A DNA stretch of 64,000 nt from Candidatus Woesearchaeota archaeon (GCA_964344635.1 CAYFOE010000004.1:279-64278), one strand, 5' to 3'. Shown: positions 18,237-28,432, counted from the first letter of the stretch. The notes: generated by a model from the letters alone, not told the origin. Translations and numbers: made by a program.

Positions 18237-19532
18237 AGAAGTTTTACTTCTTCTTTCCTTTGATTAATGCATATCCAATAATCAAGATGATAACGATTAC
18301 TGCAAGAGTAACTGTTAATCCGCTCTTGGATTCTACATATTCAGATTCTTCTTCTGCTTCTTCTGTAACGTCTGATGTTTCTTCATCAACAGCTTCAGCT
18401 TCAACAGGTACGCTAATTTGCTTAAAGGTTAAATCTGCGTAAGTGTTTACGAATAGTTTATGGAATGTAACCTCTAGGTCAGATACTCCATCACCATTTA
18501 CATCAACTTCTTCAGATTCGCCTGCAGCAATTGTAACGTCGAAAGGTTCAGATGAAATTGTTAGAACAACATCTTCAGCTGTAACAGCCTTAACTTCGAT
18601 CTTATGTGTTTCTCCACTTATATCGAACTTGATTGCTCCATTCTCATTCATAAGTCTGCTTTCACCTTCAGTAGTCAATCTTCCACCGTCTGAAATTGTT
18701 CCAGATCCGATTTTGATCTTACCTACAGGATTTTCCCATCCCTCAATTATTGCTACGTTGCTTCCACCAACACTTGAACCTGTGCCAATAACTACAGATT
18801 GTGTTGTGAAGTTCAGTACAGTACTAGCACTGTTTCCAGCATTATCTTGTACAAAACAAATAACACTAAATGTTTCTATCTCTCTAGTATGATCTTTAAC
18901 AATCTCAGTAATGATTGCTGTAGTAGAGTTAGTTGATAGTGTTAAGTTATTATCGTAGGCAGTTAGTCCAGGATACATAACAGCAACATATGTTTTACTA
19001 ATATCAATATTTGCAGTAGCATCTGTAGGTGTACAGTTAATATTCATATCTTCACCGTAATCTAGTTTCAACGAACCAGTTAGGTTATTTCCATCATCAT
19101 CTGTGAATTCAAGATTTGCAACAGGATTAGTTGTATCTAGGTTTACAATATTTGCAAGGCTTGTTGTAGCTACTGTATTATTATTCATAGTAACTGTAAC
19201 ATTCAAAGTATAGTTATTATCTGTACTGAAATTGCCTGAAAGAATTGTTTCGTTAAAGAAGTAATCATTAACACTTCCATTTGTTTGATTTGAGACATTT
19301 GTCCATGTTGTCCCTGCATCACTTGAAATGTAAAATGTTGCCCAAATCGCATTATCATTGTTAAATGTTACATTAACAACAACATCTGATGCAGAATTCA
19401 CATAACTTGCAGTTGCTGCAGGTGTATCTATTGTAACTTGTGCTGATACTGTCATAGCACTTAGAATCACAAATAAGCCTAGAATTAAAAGGCCTGTAAC
19501 TTTTTTCATATTCATTTATCTTTCCACCCCAT
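18222..19532. repeat. 13 bp inverted repeat pair flanking the surface-protein gene
   Basis: ATGAGGTGGAAAG at 18222-18234 vs CTTTCCACCCCAT at 19520-19532; 12/13 match, the mismatch is G-U in RNA. Confidence 0.7.
18244..19515 (-). CDS. Asn/Thr-rich, C-terminally anchored surface glycoprotein
   Basis: Signal peptide ending VSA|Q; about 14 N-x-S/T sequons in the first ~235 aa; acidic linker; C-terminal TM followed by KGKKK. Confidence 0.85.
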   Translation of the reverse strand: MNMKKVTGLLILGLFVILSAMTVSAQVTIDTPAATASYVNSASDVVVNVTFNNDNAIWATFYISSDAGTTWTNVSNQTNGSVNDYFFNETILSGNFSTDNNYTLNVTVTMNNNTVATTSLANIVNLDTTNPVANLEFTDDDGNNLTGSLKLDYGEDMNINCTPTDATANIDISKTYVAVMYPGLTAYDNNLTLSTNSTTAIITEIVKDHTREIETFSVICFVQDNAGNSASTVLNFTTQSVVIGTGSSVGGSNVAIIEGWENPVGKIKIGSGTISDGGRLTTEGESRLMNENGAIKFDISGETHKIEVKAVTAEDVVLTISSEPFDVTIAAGESEEVDVNGDGVSDLEVTFHKLFVNTYADLTFKQISVPVEAEAVDEETSDVTEEAEEESEYVESKSGLTVTLAVIVIILIIGYALIKGKKK

Positions 19533-19651
19533 ATGGTTATATTTATATTGTGTAAACTATGTATTTACTTTGTAAATGGGCGAGATTTTATATATAAAGC
19601 TTTCTGAAAAATATATGTTGTTTTACCCTTAAGAAGGAGTATAAAACTCTT

Positions 19652-20680
19652 TTAAACTGCTTTAGATTTTCTGGTACTTTTTTCTACAAGGTATAAATCC
19701 AAGAAAATTGTTAGGATCGAAAGTATTAACGGACCAATTATGATTCCCAAGAATCCAAAGATTTCAATACCGCCCAGAACTCCAAGAAGTACAACTGCAG
19801 GATGAATTTTTGCCCTACTTCCAATGATATTCGGTCTGATTAAATTATCTATCGTACTAATGATTAATGCTCCGTAAAATAAAAGTCCTAATCCATTAAA
19901 AGTTTCCCCTGCTGCCAATTTGAATATTGCTGCAGGTAACCACACTAATGCCGCTCCTACAAAAGGAAGTATTGCAACGATTACTGTAACTAGACCCCAT
20001 AAGATTGGTGACTTAACTCCAAATATCCAAAACCCAAGCGCTCCTATTGCTCCCTGTACAAAAGCTGTAACTATCATCCCATAGATTGAAGCATAAATTA
20101 CATTGCTAAACCTGTTTGCAAGCTCTTCTTTTTGTTTTTTTCTCAAAGGAATGTGCCCCTTTATCTTATCGACTAAGCTTTTACCTTCCATAAATAAGAA
20201 GTACATTAAGAACAGCATTACAAATAGGCTCAAGATTCTTTTAGGTAAACTCACTACAAATTCTGAAGTCTCCCTTGCAATCCCCAACGAAAGCTTGTTT
20301 AAATTATCTGAAACAAACTTTCCAATCTGCACATCCTCTCCAAAGTAACCCGAAAGTTTATTTTCTAAATTCGAAAGATCTATGTTTTTAGTACTGTGGA
20401 AGAATTCAACCGATTCTGAGATTAAAGCATTTGCTGCAAAGATTATAGGAATAATAATGATAAATACAACCAAAAGCGTTGTAAGTAAAGAGCTAAGTTT
20501 CTTGTTCTTAAACTTTCTTCGCATAGCCAAATAAATCGGATAGAACACATAAGCAAGAAGTACAGCCCCTACTATAGTGATGATATAAGATCTTATTAAA
20601 TAGATTGAAAGCAAAATTATTCCTGCAAAACTTGCAAAGAAAAAGAACTTGGAATAGTGCTCAATACTGTTATTTACCAT
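19652..20680 (-). CDS. AI-2E family (PerM/UPF0118) transporter
   Basis: 342 aa polytopic; LPFVGAALVWLP, IDNLIRPNIIG, GGIEIFGFLGIIIGP motifs. Confidence 0.9.
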   Translation of the reverse strand: MVNNSIEHYSKFFFFASFAGIILLSIYLIRSYIITIVGAVLLAYVFYPIYLAMRRKFKNKKLSSLLTTLLVVFIIIIPIIFAANALISESVEFFHSTKNIDLSNLENKLSGYFGEDVQIGKFVSDNLNKLSLGIARETSEFVVSLPKRILSLFVMLFLMYFLFMEGKSLVDKIKGHIPLRKKQKEELANRFSNVIYASIYGMIVTAFVQGAIGALGFWIFGVKSPILWGLVTVIVAILPFVGAALVWLPAAIFKLAAGETFNGLGLLFYGALIISTIDNLIRPNIIGSRAKIHPAVVLLGVLGGIEIFGFLGIIIGPLILSILTIFLDLYLVEKSTRKSKAV

Positions 20681-20756
20681 GTATTTATAAAGAAATCAAG
20701 TGCTTATAAATGTTATTAAAATAAGGCTAAAGTTTTTATAATTTGATGAGGGATTA

Positions 20757-21161
20757 TTGAGTATGACTAACAAAGAAAAAATTGTTGTTGGATTCTATGA
20801 AGACGTAGTAATTTCTGGAAAAACCATCAGGGCAAAAATTGACACCGGTGCAAGTGGAAGTAGCTTAGATAGCAATCTAGTCGAGCTTCTTGGCTTAGGC
20901 CCAGTAGTGGGAAGGAAAGCAATAATCAACACTCACGGCAGAAGAGTTAGACCAGTAATCATGGCCAAAGTTAATATCGCTGGAAAAGAAGTTGAAGCTA
21001 AGTTTAATATCGCAACAAGGGAACATTTAAGATACTCTATTCTGATCGGGAAGAACATTTTGAGACAAGGTTTTTTAATAGACCCTAAAAAAAAATTGAT
21101 TAAATCTGAAAAGAAAATTATTAAAAACACTAAGGATCTGCTTGCAGGAATTAAGGAGTAA
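20757..21161 (+). CDS. Retropepsin-like protease of the RimK-associated (RimB / ATP-dependent Zn protease) family
   Basis: AKIDTGASGSSL catalytic motif, RPVI, R..LRYSILIGKNIL...FLIDP; directly upstream of a RimK gene. Confidence 0.85.
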   Translation: MSMTNKEKIVVGFYEDVVISGKTIRAKIDTGASGSSLDSNLVELLGLGPVVGRKAIINTHGRRVRPVIMAKVNIAGKEVEAKFNIATREHLRYSILIGKNILRQGFLIDPKKKLIKSEKKIIKNTKDLLAGIKE

Positions 21162-21163
21162 CT

Positions 21164-22255
21164 ATGAGACTTTGTGTAATCAGTCTTGGCGGAGAAAGTA
21201 GCAAGAGAATTGCGGAAGAAGCAAAGGCATATTTTGATGATGTCACAGAACTAAGTTTGAAAAACATGGAATTATGTTTGGATGATAAGGGTTTTTTTAT
21301 CAAAGATGACATGAGTCACTTAGAAGATTTTGACGCAATCTATATCCGAGGAAGCCACAGGTATGTATTATTACAAAGAGCACTAACGAGAGCATTATAC
21401 AAAAAAGTTTACATGCCCATAAAACCTAATGCGTTTACATTAGGACATAATAAACTGTTAGGGTCATTAGAACTACAACAGAAAGGAGTAAGCATTCCTA
21501 CTAGTCATTTTGTTATGAACTCTAAACAAGCTAAGACCCTTTTGAAGGAAGTTAATTTTCCCATAATCATTAAAATTCCTGAAGGAACTCAGGGAAAAGG
21601 TGTTATGTTTGCAGATTCCGAAAGCTCAGCTAGATCTATGATCGACGCCTTAGATGTTTTCAAACAACCCTACATCATACAAGAATATATCGAAACAGGA
21701 AATGTGAAGAGTGAAGACATTCGTGTAATTGTTGCAGGAGGAAAAGTTGTAGGTGCAATGAAGAGGATTTCCAACTCTTCAGACGTTAGGGCGAACCTAC
21801 ATGCCAGCGGAAAAGGAGAAGCAATGGACCTAGATGCCGAAACAGAAAAGATGTCTGTGAAAGCAGCCAAAGCTTTAGGGGTGGACATTGCAGGAGTAGA
21901 CATTTTGAAAGGAAGAAAATCTTCTGTTATCGAAGTTAACCTAAGTCCCGGTTTGAAAGGGATCATGAAATACACCGGAAAAAATATCGCTAAACTAGTT
22001 GCAAAATCATTGTATGATCAAACATTGGAATTCAAAAAGAAAAAAAACTCTAAAATTTCTAAACCTAAAGAGGTAGACGAAAATGGTTTCGACGAACATT
22101 ACGTTGAAGCACACATCGAAAGAGGCAATCTCTGCCTGCCCAGATTTGTAACCAAAGGCGTAGGTTATGTTAATGGGGACGACCTAGTTGTCAATCTAAA
22201 AAAAGGCGAACTGAGAATCACAAAACATAATATTAGAAAAGACGATGATGAATGA
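21164..22255 (+). CDS. rimK: RimK-family ATP-grasp glutamate ligase with extra C-terminal AbrB-like domain
   Basis: IIKIPEGTQGKGV, IIQEYI, DIRVIV, RANLHASG, GVDIL, EVNLSPG; C-terminal GNLCLPRFV...GDDLVV. Confidence 0.8.
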   Translation: MRLCVISLGGESSKRIAEEAKAYFDDVTELSLKNMELCLDDKGFFIKDDMSHLEDFDAIYIRGSHRYVLLQRALTRALYKKVYMPIKPNAFTLGHNKLLGSLELQQKGVSIPTSHFVMNSKQAKTLLKEVNFPIIIKIPEGTQGKGVMFADSESSARSMIDALDVFKQPYIIQEYIETGNVKSEDIRVIVAGGKVVGAMKRISNSSDVRANLHASGKGEAMDLDAETEKMSVKAAKALGVDIAGVDILKGRKSSVIEVNLSPGLKGIMKYTGKNIAKLVAKSLYDQTLEFKKKKNSKISKPKEVDENGFDEHYVEAHIERGNLCLPRFVTKGVGYVNGDDLVVNLKKGELRITKHNIRKDDDE

Positions 22256-22305
22256 TAAACTAAAGATATATAAATAGTCTTTTTCTTTTCCAATTAGGTG
22301 ATTAA

Positions 22306-23175
22306 ATGGTTTTAGAGTCTTTGTTATCCCCACAAAAAGCAGAAGAAAAACCGTGGAATCTATTTTTTTTAGGAGCAATCTATGCATTCCTAGGTGTGTT
22401 TCTTTCACTATGGGTTTTTGCAGAACAATCAACCATAGTAATGGTATTGTTGACTGTCATGGCATGCGTTCCTTTGATGTACAATACACTAAAGTTAGAA
22501 GAGAAAAAAGATCTTGAAATAAAAAATGAAAAAAATTTATTGAAAGAACATTCTAAAGCACTAATTGCATTCCTATTTTTGTTCATGGGTATGACACTTG
22601 CATTTTCTTTAGCCTATTTATTCCTACCCGGAGGTACGGTGGAAACACTATTCTCATCCCAAATAGATACAATAACCGAAATCAATTCAAAAGTTACAGA
22701 AGAATCAATATCCGGAAATACCTATTCAGAAGGTTTATTGTTAAGAATATTAAGTAACAATGTTAAAGTAATGTTGTTTTGTGTATTCTTTAGTTTTTTC
22801 TATGGAGCCGGAGCAATATTCATACTCACATGGAATGCTACAGTTATCGCAGCCGCAATTGGGAATTTTGTCAGAACGCACCTGAGCTCATATGCCAGTC
22901 AGCTAGGCCTTATCGGAATCGGGTCTTATTTGCAAGTTTATGGACTTAGCCTTTTGAGGTATTTTATACATGGCTTGCCAGAAATCTTCTCATATATTGT
23001 CGGAGGAATGGCCGGTGGACTGATTAGTGTTGCAGTCATTAAACACGACTTTTCGAGTGAATCCTTCGGAAGAGTACTAAAAGATGCTACTAGCCTGATA
23101 ATTCTTGCAGTAGCAATATTAGTAGTTGCCGCATTAATTGAGGTATACGTGACTCCAAATGTAATTCCATTATAA
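22306..23175 (+). CDS. SpoIIM / DUF95 family membrane protein
   Basis: ILSNNVKV, GAIFILTWNA, HGLPEIFSY motifs. Confidence 0.85.
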   Translation: MVLESLLSPQKAEEKPWNLFFLGAIYAFLGVFLSLWVFAEQSTIVMVLLTVMACVPLMYNTLKLEEKKDLEIKNEKNLLKEHSKALIAFLFLFMGMTLAFSLAYLFLPGGTVETLFSSQIDTITEINSKVTEESISGNTYSEGLLLRILSNNVKVMLFCVFFSFFYGAGAIFILTWNATVIAAAIGNFVRTHLSSYASQLGLIGIGSYLQVYGLSLLRYFIHGLPEIFSYIVGGMAGGLISVAVIKHDFSSESFGRVLKDATSLIILAVAILVVAALIEVYVTPNVIPL

Positions 23176-23213
23176 ATAGGAATTTTTTTAAAAGAGCAAT
23201 CTAGGAAGAATTT

Positions 23214-24218
23214 ATGGATTATTCACTATTAATAGCAATAATTGTATCCGTAGTAATCACCTATAAAATTACTAAATGGCTTATCGAGTTTTTCAGAGAA
23301 GTAGGTCTGGTTGTTAAAGACCAAAACAAAGAAAAAAAGCCATTAATTCCATTATCTGGAGGAATTCCAGTTTTCTTAGGATTCTTCATAGGAATCTTAG
23401 TTTACTCATTATTTAACGCAATAGTTGGCGAAGGAAGCTATTTTGGAGTTTTCGGAGATTATGAAATTGCAGTGATCTATGCTTCACTATTTTCAATACT
23501 ATGGGCAACAATAATTGGCTTTTTTGATGACGCATTCATTTACAAATCCAATGAAAAATCATACGGACTAAAACAATGGCAAAAACCACTGATTACATTA
23601 ATCGGAGCCTTACCACTAATGTTAGTTCTATTAAACAGATCTACAATAGGAATTCCCTATTTTGGAGAGGTTTCAGTAGGGTGGCTTTATCCCCTACTTC
23701 TGATACCTATAGGTTATGTCGGCGCAACTAACATGGTGAATCTTCTTGCAGGATTTAACGGATTAGAAGCAGGACTGGGAATGATCTATGTACTATCTTT
23801 AGGACTTTATGCATATGTTTCGCAAAGCTTTGTTGCCGCATTAATTGCAATGATTGCATTTCCCTGCATTGCAGTATTTTACTTTTTCAACAGATTTCCC
23901 GCTAAAATTTTTCCAGGAGACTCGTTAACATATTTCATGGGCAGTGTTTTTGCAATACTTGCAATCGTAGGAGAACTAGAAGTTTTAGCACTAATTGTTG
24001 CAATACCCTACTTTGTTGAATTTTTATTAAAGTGGAGAAGCAAGTTTACTGCAGATTCATTTGGCATCTGGATCAATGGGAAGATCCTATCAAAATATGA
24101 AAAAATTTATGCAATCCCTCACATATTCACTAGATCAGGAAACTATAATGAGAAACAAATTGTTAATTTTATACTATTAATTCAATTATTCTTCGCACTA
24201 ATCATTTGGTTTATATAA
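23214..24218 (+). CDS. aglH: UDP-GlcNAc:polyprenyl-phosphate GlcNAc-1-P transferase (AglH/Alg7/MraY-like)
   Basis: PLSGG, GFFDD, NMVNLLAGFNGL, IFPGD motifs; about 10 TMs; adjacent to aglB. Confidence 0.8.
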   Translation: MDYSLLIAIIVSVVITYKITKWLIEFFREVGLVVKDQNKEKKPLIPLSGGIPVFLGFFIGILVYSLFNAIVGEGSYFGVFGDYEIAVIYASLFSILWATIIGFFDDAFIYKSNEKSYGLKQWQKPLITLIGALPLMLVLLNRSTIGIPYFGEVSVGWLYPLLLIPIGYVGATNMVNLLAGFNGLEAGLGMIYVLSLGLYAYVSQSFVAALIAMIAFPCIAVFYFFNRFPAKIFPGDSLTYFMGSVFAILAIVGELEVLALIVAIPYFVEFLLKWRSKFTADSFGIWINGKILSKYEKIYAIPHIFTRSGNYNEKQIVNFILLIQLFFALIIWFI

Positions 24219-24575
24219 TCTCTTAAGATCTAGATCCTGGTCCTGAGTGTATTCCAAATCATTGTGCAAGGCAATATATGCCTTCTCTAATTCAGATCCC
24301 ATGTATGCCGCATGTTCTTCTTTTGAAATCAAATTCATTCTAGAGATAGTATAAAATATTTCTACAGGCGTTTTTCCAATTATTTTTTTAATTAATTTGT
24401 TTTCAGGAGTGCAATATCCAACTTCTAAATTTTTATTTTCACGGTCAAGCTTAATCAAGAAATAACCTGAAGGGTCATTGGAATACTCAGAATGTGACCT
24501 CGTAGCAGATATTTCTTCCAAGTTATCAGAGATAGTAATATCCCTAAAATGTCCCCGAATCTTTTGTTTTTCCAT
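24198..24575 (-). CDS. DUF4346-domain protein
   Basis: DPSGYFLI and EHAAYMGSELEKA...YTQD motifs. Confidence 0.75.
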   Translation of the reverse strand: MEKQKIRGHFRDITISDNLEEISATRSHSEYSNDPSGYFLIKLDRENKNLEVGYCTPENKLIKKIIGKTPVEIFYTISRMNLISKEEHAAYMGSELEKAYIALHNDLEYTQDQDLDLKRLYKPND

Positions 24576-24652
24576 GTTTTTGAGTTTAAACCTGGCTTTT
24601 TAAACTGTTTGGAATAGTTACTTATTTAAATAGTTCACAGAATAGATAGACT

Positions 24653-27286
24653 ATGGGTTTTGAAGGATTTAAAGGAGAATCTTTGAATAAGGGTTTGTCA
24701 TTGTTTAAATTCTTAAACTCTAAAGCAAATTGGATTATTTATTTTCTAACCGCTTTTTTTGTAGTTCTCGCAACAAAGATGAGAACTGCCAATCTAGACT
24801 TTTTGAAAGACGTTACAACCGGCAAGTACATCTCACTTGCACTAGACCCATACCTGTTTCAAAGATATGGCCAAGACCTAGCCCAGACAGGATCCTTGAT
24901 AATTCCAGACATGTTAAGATCTGCACCTATCGGGGCAGACATCCCTGCAAACATTTCTTTAATTCCCTACATGAATTACTTCATTTACAAAATATCCAGC
25001 TTTTTCAACCCATCAATTACATTCGATTTCATCCATGTAATCTACCCAGTGATATTCTTCTTTTTATCAATGATAGTCTTCTTCTTATTAGTAGACAGAT
25101 TATTCAATAAAAGAACTGCAATGATTGCAACTGCATTACTAGCATTCTTCCCATCATTCCTGTATAGGACAACTGCAGGATTTTCGGACAAAGAGCCAAT
25201 GGGTGTTTTCTTTATGTTTACAGCATTTTATCTATTTGTCCTTTCTTGGCAGGCTAGAAGTAATAAATTAACAATTTTATTAGGCGCCCTTTCAGGTTTA
25301 TCAACAATATTACTTTGGTTAACCTGGGGAGGAGTTAAGTTTGTATTCTTGATATTTGGATTATACATGATTGTGGAATTTTTCTTAGGAAAAGTTGAGA
25401 AAAAAGACATCCTTTCATATAGTTCTTGGTTCTTAGTTTCAATATTAACTCTAGTGTTCATGTTTGGCCAAAGTGTCACAGGATTATTCACCTCCATAAC
25501 TACTGCATTTTCTGTTTTTGCTTTCTTTTTGATAACTGTAGACTGGTTAGTCTTCAAGAAAAATTTGTGGAGATTGGGCAGGGGGATCGAAAGTTTTGTT
25601 AAAGGCAGATTGCCTATGCCAATAGTCACTCTTTGTTTGACCCTTATCTTTGCATTAGTAATGTTATTTGTATTTTTAGGACCCTCAACAATCGCAGATA
25701 TTTTCAGAAGCATTTACAGCGGATTATTAGAAACAATGCAAGTTGGCCGTGTAGCAGTGACAGTTGCAGAACAGAGGCAGCCATACATCATTGATTGGAT
25801 AAATGAGTTTGGAGCATTATTCTTTTGGATGTTCTTCTTAGGATCGATATTATTGTTCAACGAGATGCTAAAACCTCTTAAAAAGTATGCAAAGTATTTG
25901 ACAATAGGTTATACATTATTCTTATTTGCATTCATATTCAGTAGATATTCTTCTGGATCAAACGTCTTGAATGGTTCAACACCATTTTCAAAATTCCTTT
26001 ACCTGGGATCTTTGATTGCATTTGCATTATTGATTGTAGGAGCTTACCTAATTGCATATTACAAGAAGAATAAGGTTTTAAGTAAAATCTCTAAGATTGA
26101 TAAAAAATACACATTTGTATTCATTTGGTTCCTATTACTGATTGTAGCTGCAAGAAGTGCAATAAGATTAATATTTATTTTTAGTCCAATCATTTGCCTG
26201 ATTGCCGCACACTTCATTAGTTCATTATACGAAAAAGGAAAATCTGCAAGCAACAAATATGTGAAAATTTTGTTGATTTTATCAGTAATACTGTTGTTAG
26301 TCTTACCTGTGAGGGGAACACTAGTTAATTATATGGGTCAAACCAACAATGCAGTCAGTGTTTCTGGTCCGAGTTATGGCATTCAGTGGCAACACGGGAT
26401 GGAATGGGTGAGAGATAATACTCTAGAAGATGCAATCTTTGCACATTGGTGGGATTACGGATACTGGATACAAACAGGGGGAAGAAGAGCGACTATAACC
26501 GACGGAGGACATAATGTAGGTTATTGGGATTATCTTGTAGGAAGGCATGTATTAACAGCCCAAAATGAAACCGAAGCCCTGGAGTTTTTAATAAGTCATA
26601 ATGCCACACACCTCCTGATTATTAGCGACGAAATTGGGAAATATTCTGCATATTCAAGTATTGGATCTGATGAAAGTTATGACAGATTTAGTTGGTTATC
26701 CACATTCCATTTAGATAACTCCAGATCTGTTGAAAGAAGAGACGATAGTCTACTGTTCTATGGCGGAGGATTTGTCCTGGATGAAGACTTGATATGGGAA
26801 GACGAATTATACCCAAAAAATAGTGCAGGTATTGGAGCTTTCTTACTTCCAGCAGTAATGTCGAATGAAGGAGGATCTGTCGGTCAACCAATCGCAATCA
26901 TAGTTTATTCAGGAAAGCAAGTTCAAATTCCGGTTAAATGCGTATATGTTGAAGGACAAGAAATCAACTTCCCCGGAGAAGGACTAGATGGTTGTTTAAA
27001 GTTGATCATGAGAGTTGACGGTAATATTCAAGAACCTATCGGAGCAGCAATTTATATCAGCGAAAGAGTAAAGAGAACATTGTTCTCAGACTTATTTTTG
27101 CTTGAAAGAAAAAGTGAAAATTTCAAATTAGCATACGATGACGAACAGAGAATACTCTCATACAACGGTCGTTTAATTGGTCCTTTAAAGATGTGGGAAA
27201 TTAGTTATCCTGAGGACATAAAGCCCAAGGATGAGTATATACAGACTACAATCCCTGAAGAGTTAATTGCTGTGACTCAAAGGTAG
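24653..27286 (+). CDS. aglB: Oligosaccharyltransferase AglB (STT3)
   Basis: WWDYG (26447-26461), LDPY, GFSDKE, TVAEQ, DEIGK motifs; about 13 TMs. Confidence 0.95.
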   Translation: MGFEGFKGESLNKGLSLFKFLNSKANWIIYFLTAFFVVLATKMRTANLDFLKDVTTGKYISLALDPYLFQRYGQDLAQTGSLIIPDMLRSAPIGADIPANISLIPYMNYFIYKISSFFNPSITFDFIHVIYPVIFFFLSMIVFFLLVDRLFNKRTAMIATALLAFFPSFLYRTTAGFSDKEPMGVFFMFTAFYLFVLSWQARSNKLTILLGALSGLSTILLWLTWGGVKFVFLIFGLYMIVEFFLGKVEKKDILSYSSWFLVSILTLVFMFGQSVTGLFTSITTAFSVFAFFLITVDWLVFKKNLWRLGRGIESFVKGRLPMPIVTLCLTLIFALVMLFVFLGPSTIADIFRSIYSGLLETMQVGRVAVTVAEQRQPYIIDWINEFGALFFWMFFLGSILLFNEMLKPLKKYAKYLTIGYTLFLFAFIFSRYSSGSNVLNGSTPFSKFLYLGSLIAFALLIVGAYLIAYYKKNKVLSKISKIDKKYTFVFIWFLLLIVAARSAIRLIFIFSPIICLIAAHFISSLYEKGKSASNKYVKILLILSVILLLVLPVRGTLVNYMGQTNNAVSVSGPSYGIQWQHGMEWVRDNTLEDAIFAHWWDYGYWIQTGGRRATITDGGHNVGYWDYLVGRHVLTAQNETEALEFLISHNATHLLIISDEIGKYSAYSSIGSDESYDRFSWLSTFHLDNSRSVERRDDSLLFYGGGFVLDEDLIWEDELYPKNSAGIGAFLLPAVMSNEGGSVGQPIAIIVYSGKQVQIPVKCVYVEGQEINFPGEGLDGCLKLIMRVDGNIQEPIGAAIYISERVKRTLFSDLFLLERKSENFKLAYDDEQRILSYNGRLIGPLKMWEISYPEDIKPKDEYIQTTIPEELIAVTQR

Positions 27287-27322
27287 GGGAATGTATTTAA
27301 ATTAGGATTCTAGCGTTAATTT

Positions 27323-28432
27323 ATGATAGCAATCGTTTTAGGAACCAGAGCAGAACTCATAAAATCCTTCCCTGTAATATGGGAATTAAATAAGCGCAAG
27401 ATCCCTTATGAATTAATCCATACTGGACAGCATAATCTCGGAGATCTGTGTGATAAATTCAAAATTAAAAGGCCGGATTTGATTGTTACTAAAGAGCCCA
27501 AGAAGAGTTCTAAATTTTATTCCAAAATTGGAAAAGCATTATTTTGGAATCTGATTATCGTGTTTAAACTATGGAACCTAGTTAGAAAAAGAAAATACAG
27601 CCATGTAATATACCATGGAGACACGATGACTACTGCCTCCATTGCATTTGCATCGTCCGGTTTATTGAACCCCCTCAGGAAATATAAAGCAGTTCATTTA
27701 GAGGCAGGTTTGAGAAGTGAAAGTTTACTTGAACCATTTCCTGAAGAAATATCTAGAAAAATTGCAGACAGATTCTCAGACATCCTTTTAGCAGTTTCAG
27801 ATAGATCCGAGGAGAACCTGAAGAAAGCAAGACTGAAAGGAAAAATTTTCAATGTAGGAAATACAGTCGTAGATTCCGCCCTAATCGCAGTAGATCTCGC
27901 TGAAAAGGCAAAATTAAAACCCTTAAGAAAAGGAAAATTTGGACTGATCTCCATTCACAGGCATGAAAACATAAAAAATAAAAAAAGATTGTCTAAGATT
28001 GTAGACATTTTATGTGAAGTGAAAATGCCATCCTACTTTTCATTACACGACAATACAAAGAAAAAGTTAATTGACTACGGACTTTATGAAAAATTAAAAA
28101 GTAACAAGAATATTATTTTGTTAGAACCCCTAGACTATGTTAATTACTCCTACCAAATCAAAAATTGTTCAATGTTAATTACTGATGGCGGATCCATACA
28201 AGAAGAAAGTTTGATCTTTAAGAAACCATGCGTACTTTTAAGAAAATTCACAGAAAGGCAAGAAGGTCTAAGCACCGGACTTAACTTTTTAACAAAGCTG
28301 GATTTTGATTATTCTGTTGAGAAGATAAGGCTAATTGAAGAAGGGAAAATAAAAATTAAGAAATTTAAAAATCCTTACGGTGAAAAAAACATCAGTAAAA
28401 AAATTGTGGAGGTTTTGTTAAATGAAAATTAG
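27323..28432 (+). CDS. wecB: Non-hydrolysing UDP-GlcNAc 2-epimerase
   Basis: GTRAELIK, HTGQH, HLEAGLRS, PFPEE, TDGGSIQEE, TERQEG. Confidence 0.9.
   Translation: MIAIVLGTRAELIKSFPVIWELNKRKIPYELIHTGQHNLGDLCDKFKIKRPDLIVTKEPKKSSKFYSKIGKALFWNLIIVFKLWNLVRKRKYSHVIYHGDTMTTASIAFASSGLLNPLRKYKAVHLEAGLRSESLLEPFPEEISRKIADRFSDILLAVSDRSEENLKKARLKGKIFNVGNTVVDSALIAVDLAEKAKLKPLRKGKFGLISIHRHENIKNKKRLSKIVDILCEVKMPSYFSLHDNTKKKLIDYGLYEKLKSNKNIILLEPLDYVNYSYQIKNCSMLITDGGSIQEESLIFKKPCVLLRKFTERQEGLSTGLNFLTKLDFDYSVEKIRLIEEGKIKIKKFKNPYGEKNISKKIVEVLLNEN

Noticed and set aside
17312-19600. Integrated element with att repeats at tRNA-Ser (also checked at Gly, Arg, Leu)
   Set aside because: No duplicated tRNA 3' end and no integrase found by eye.
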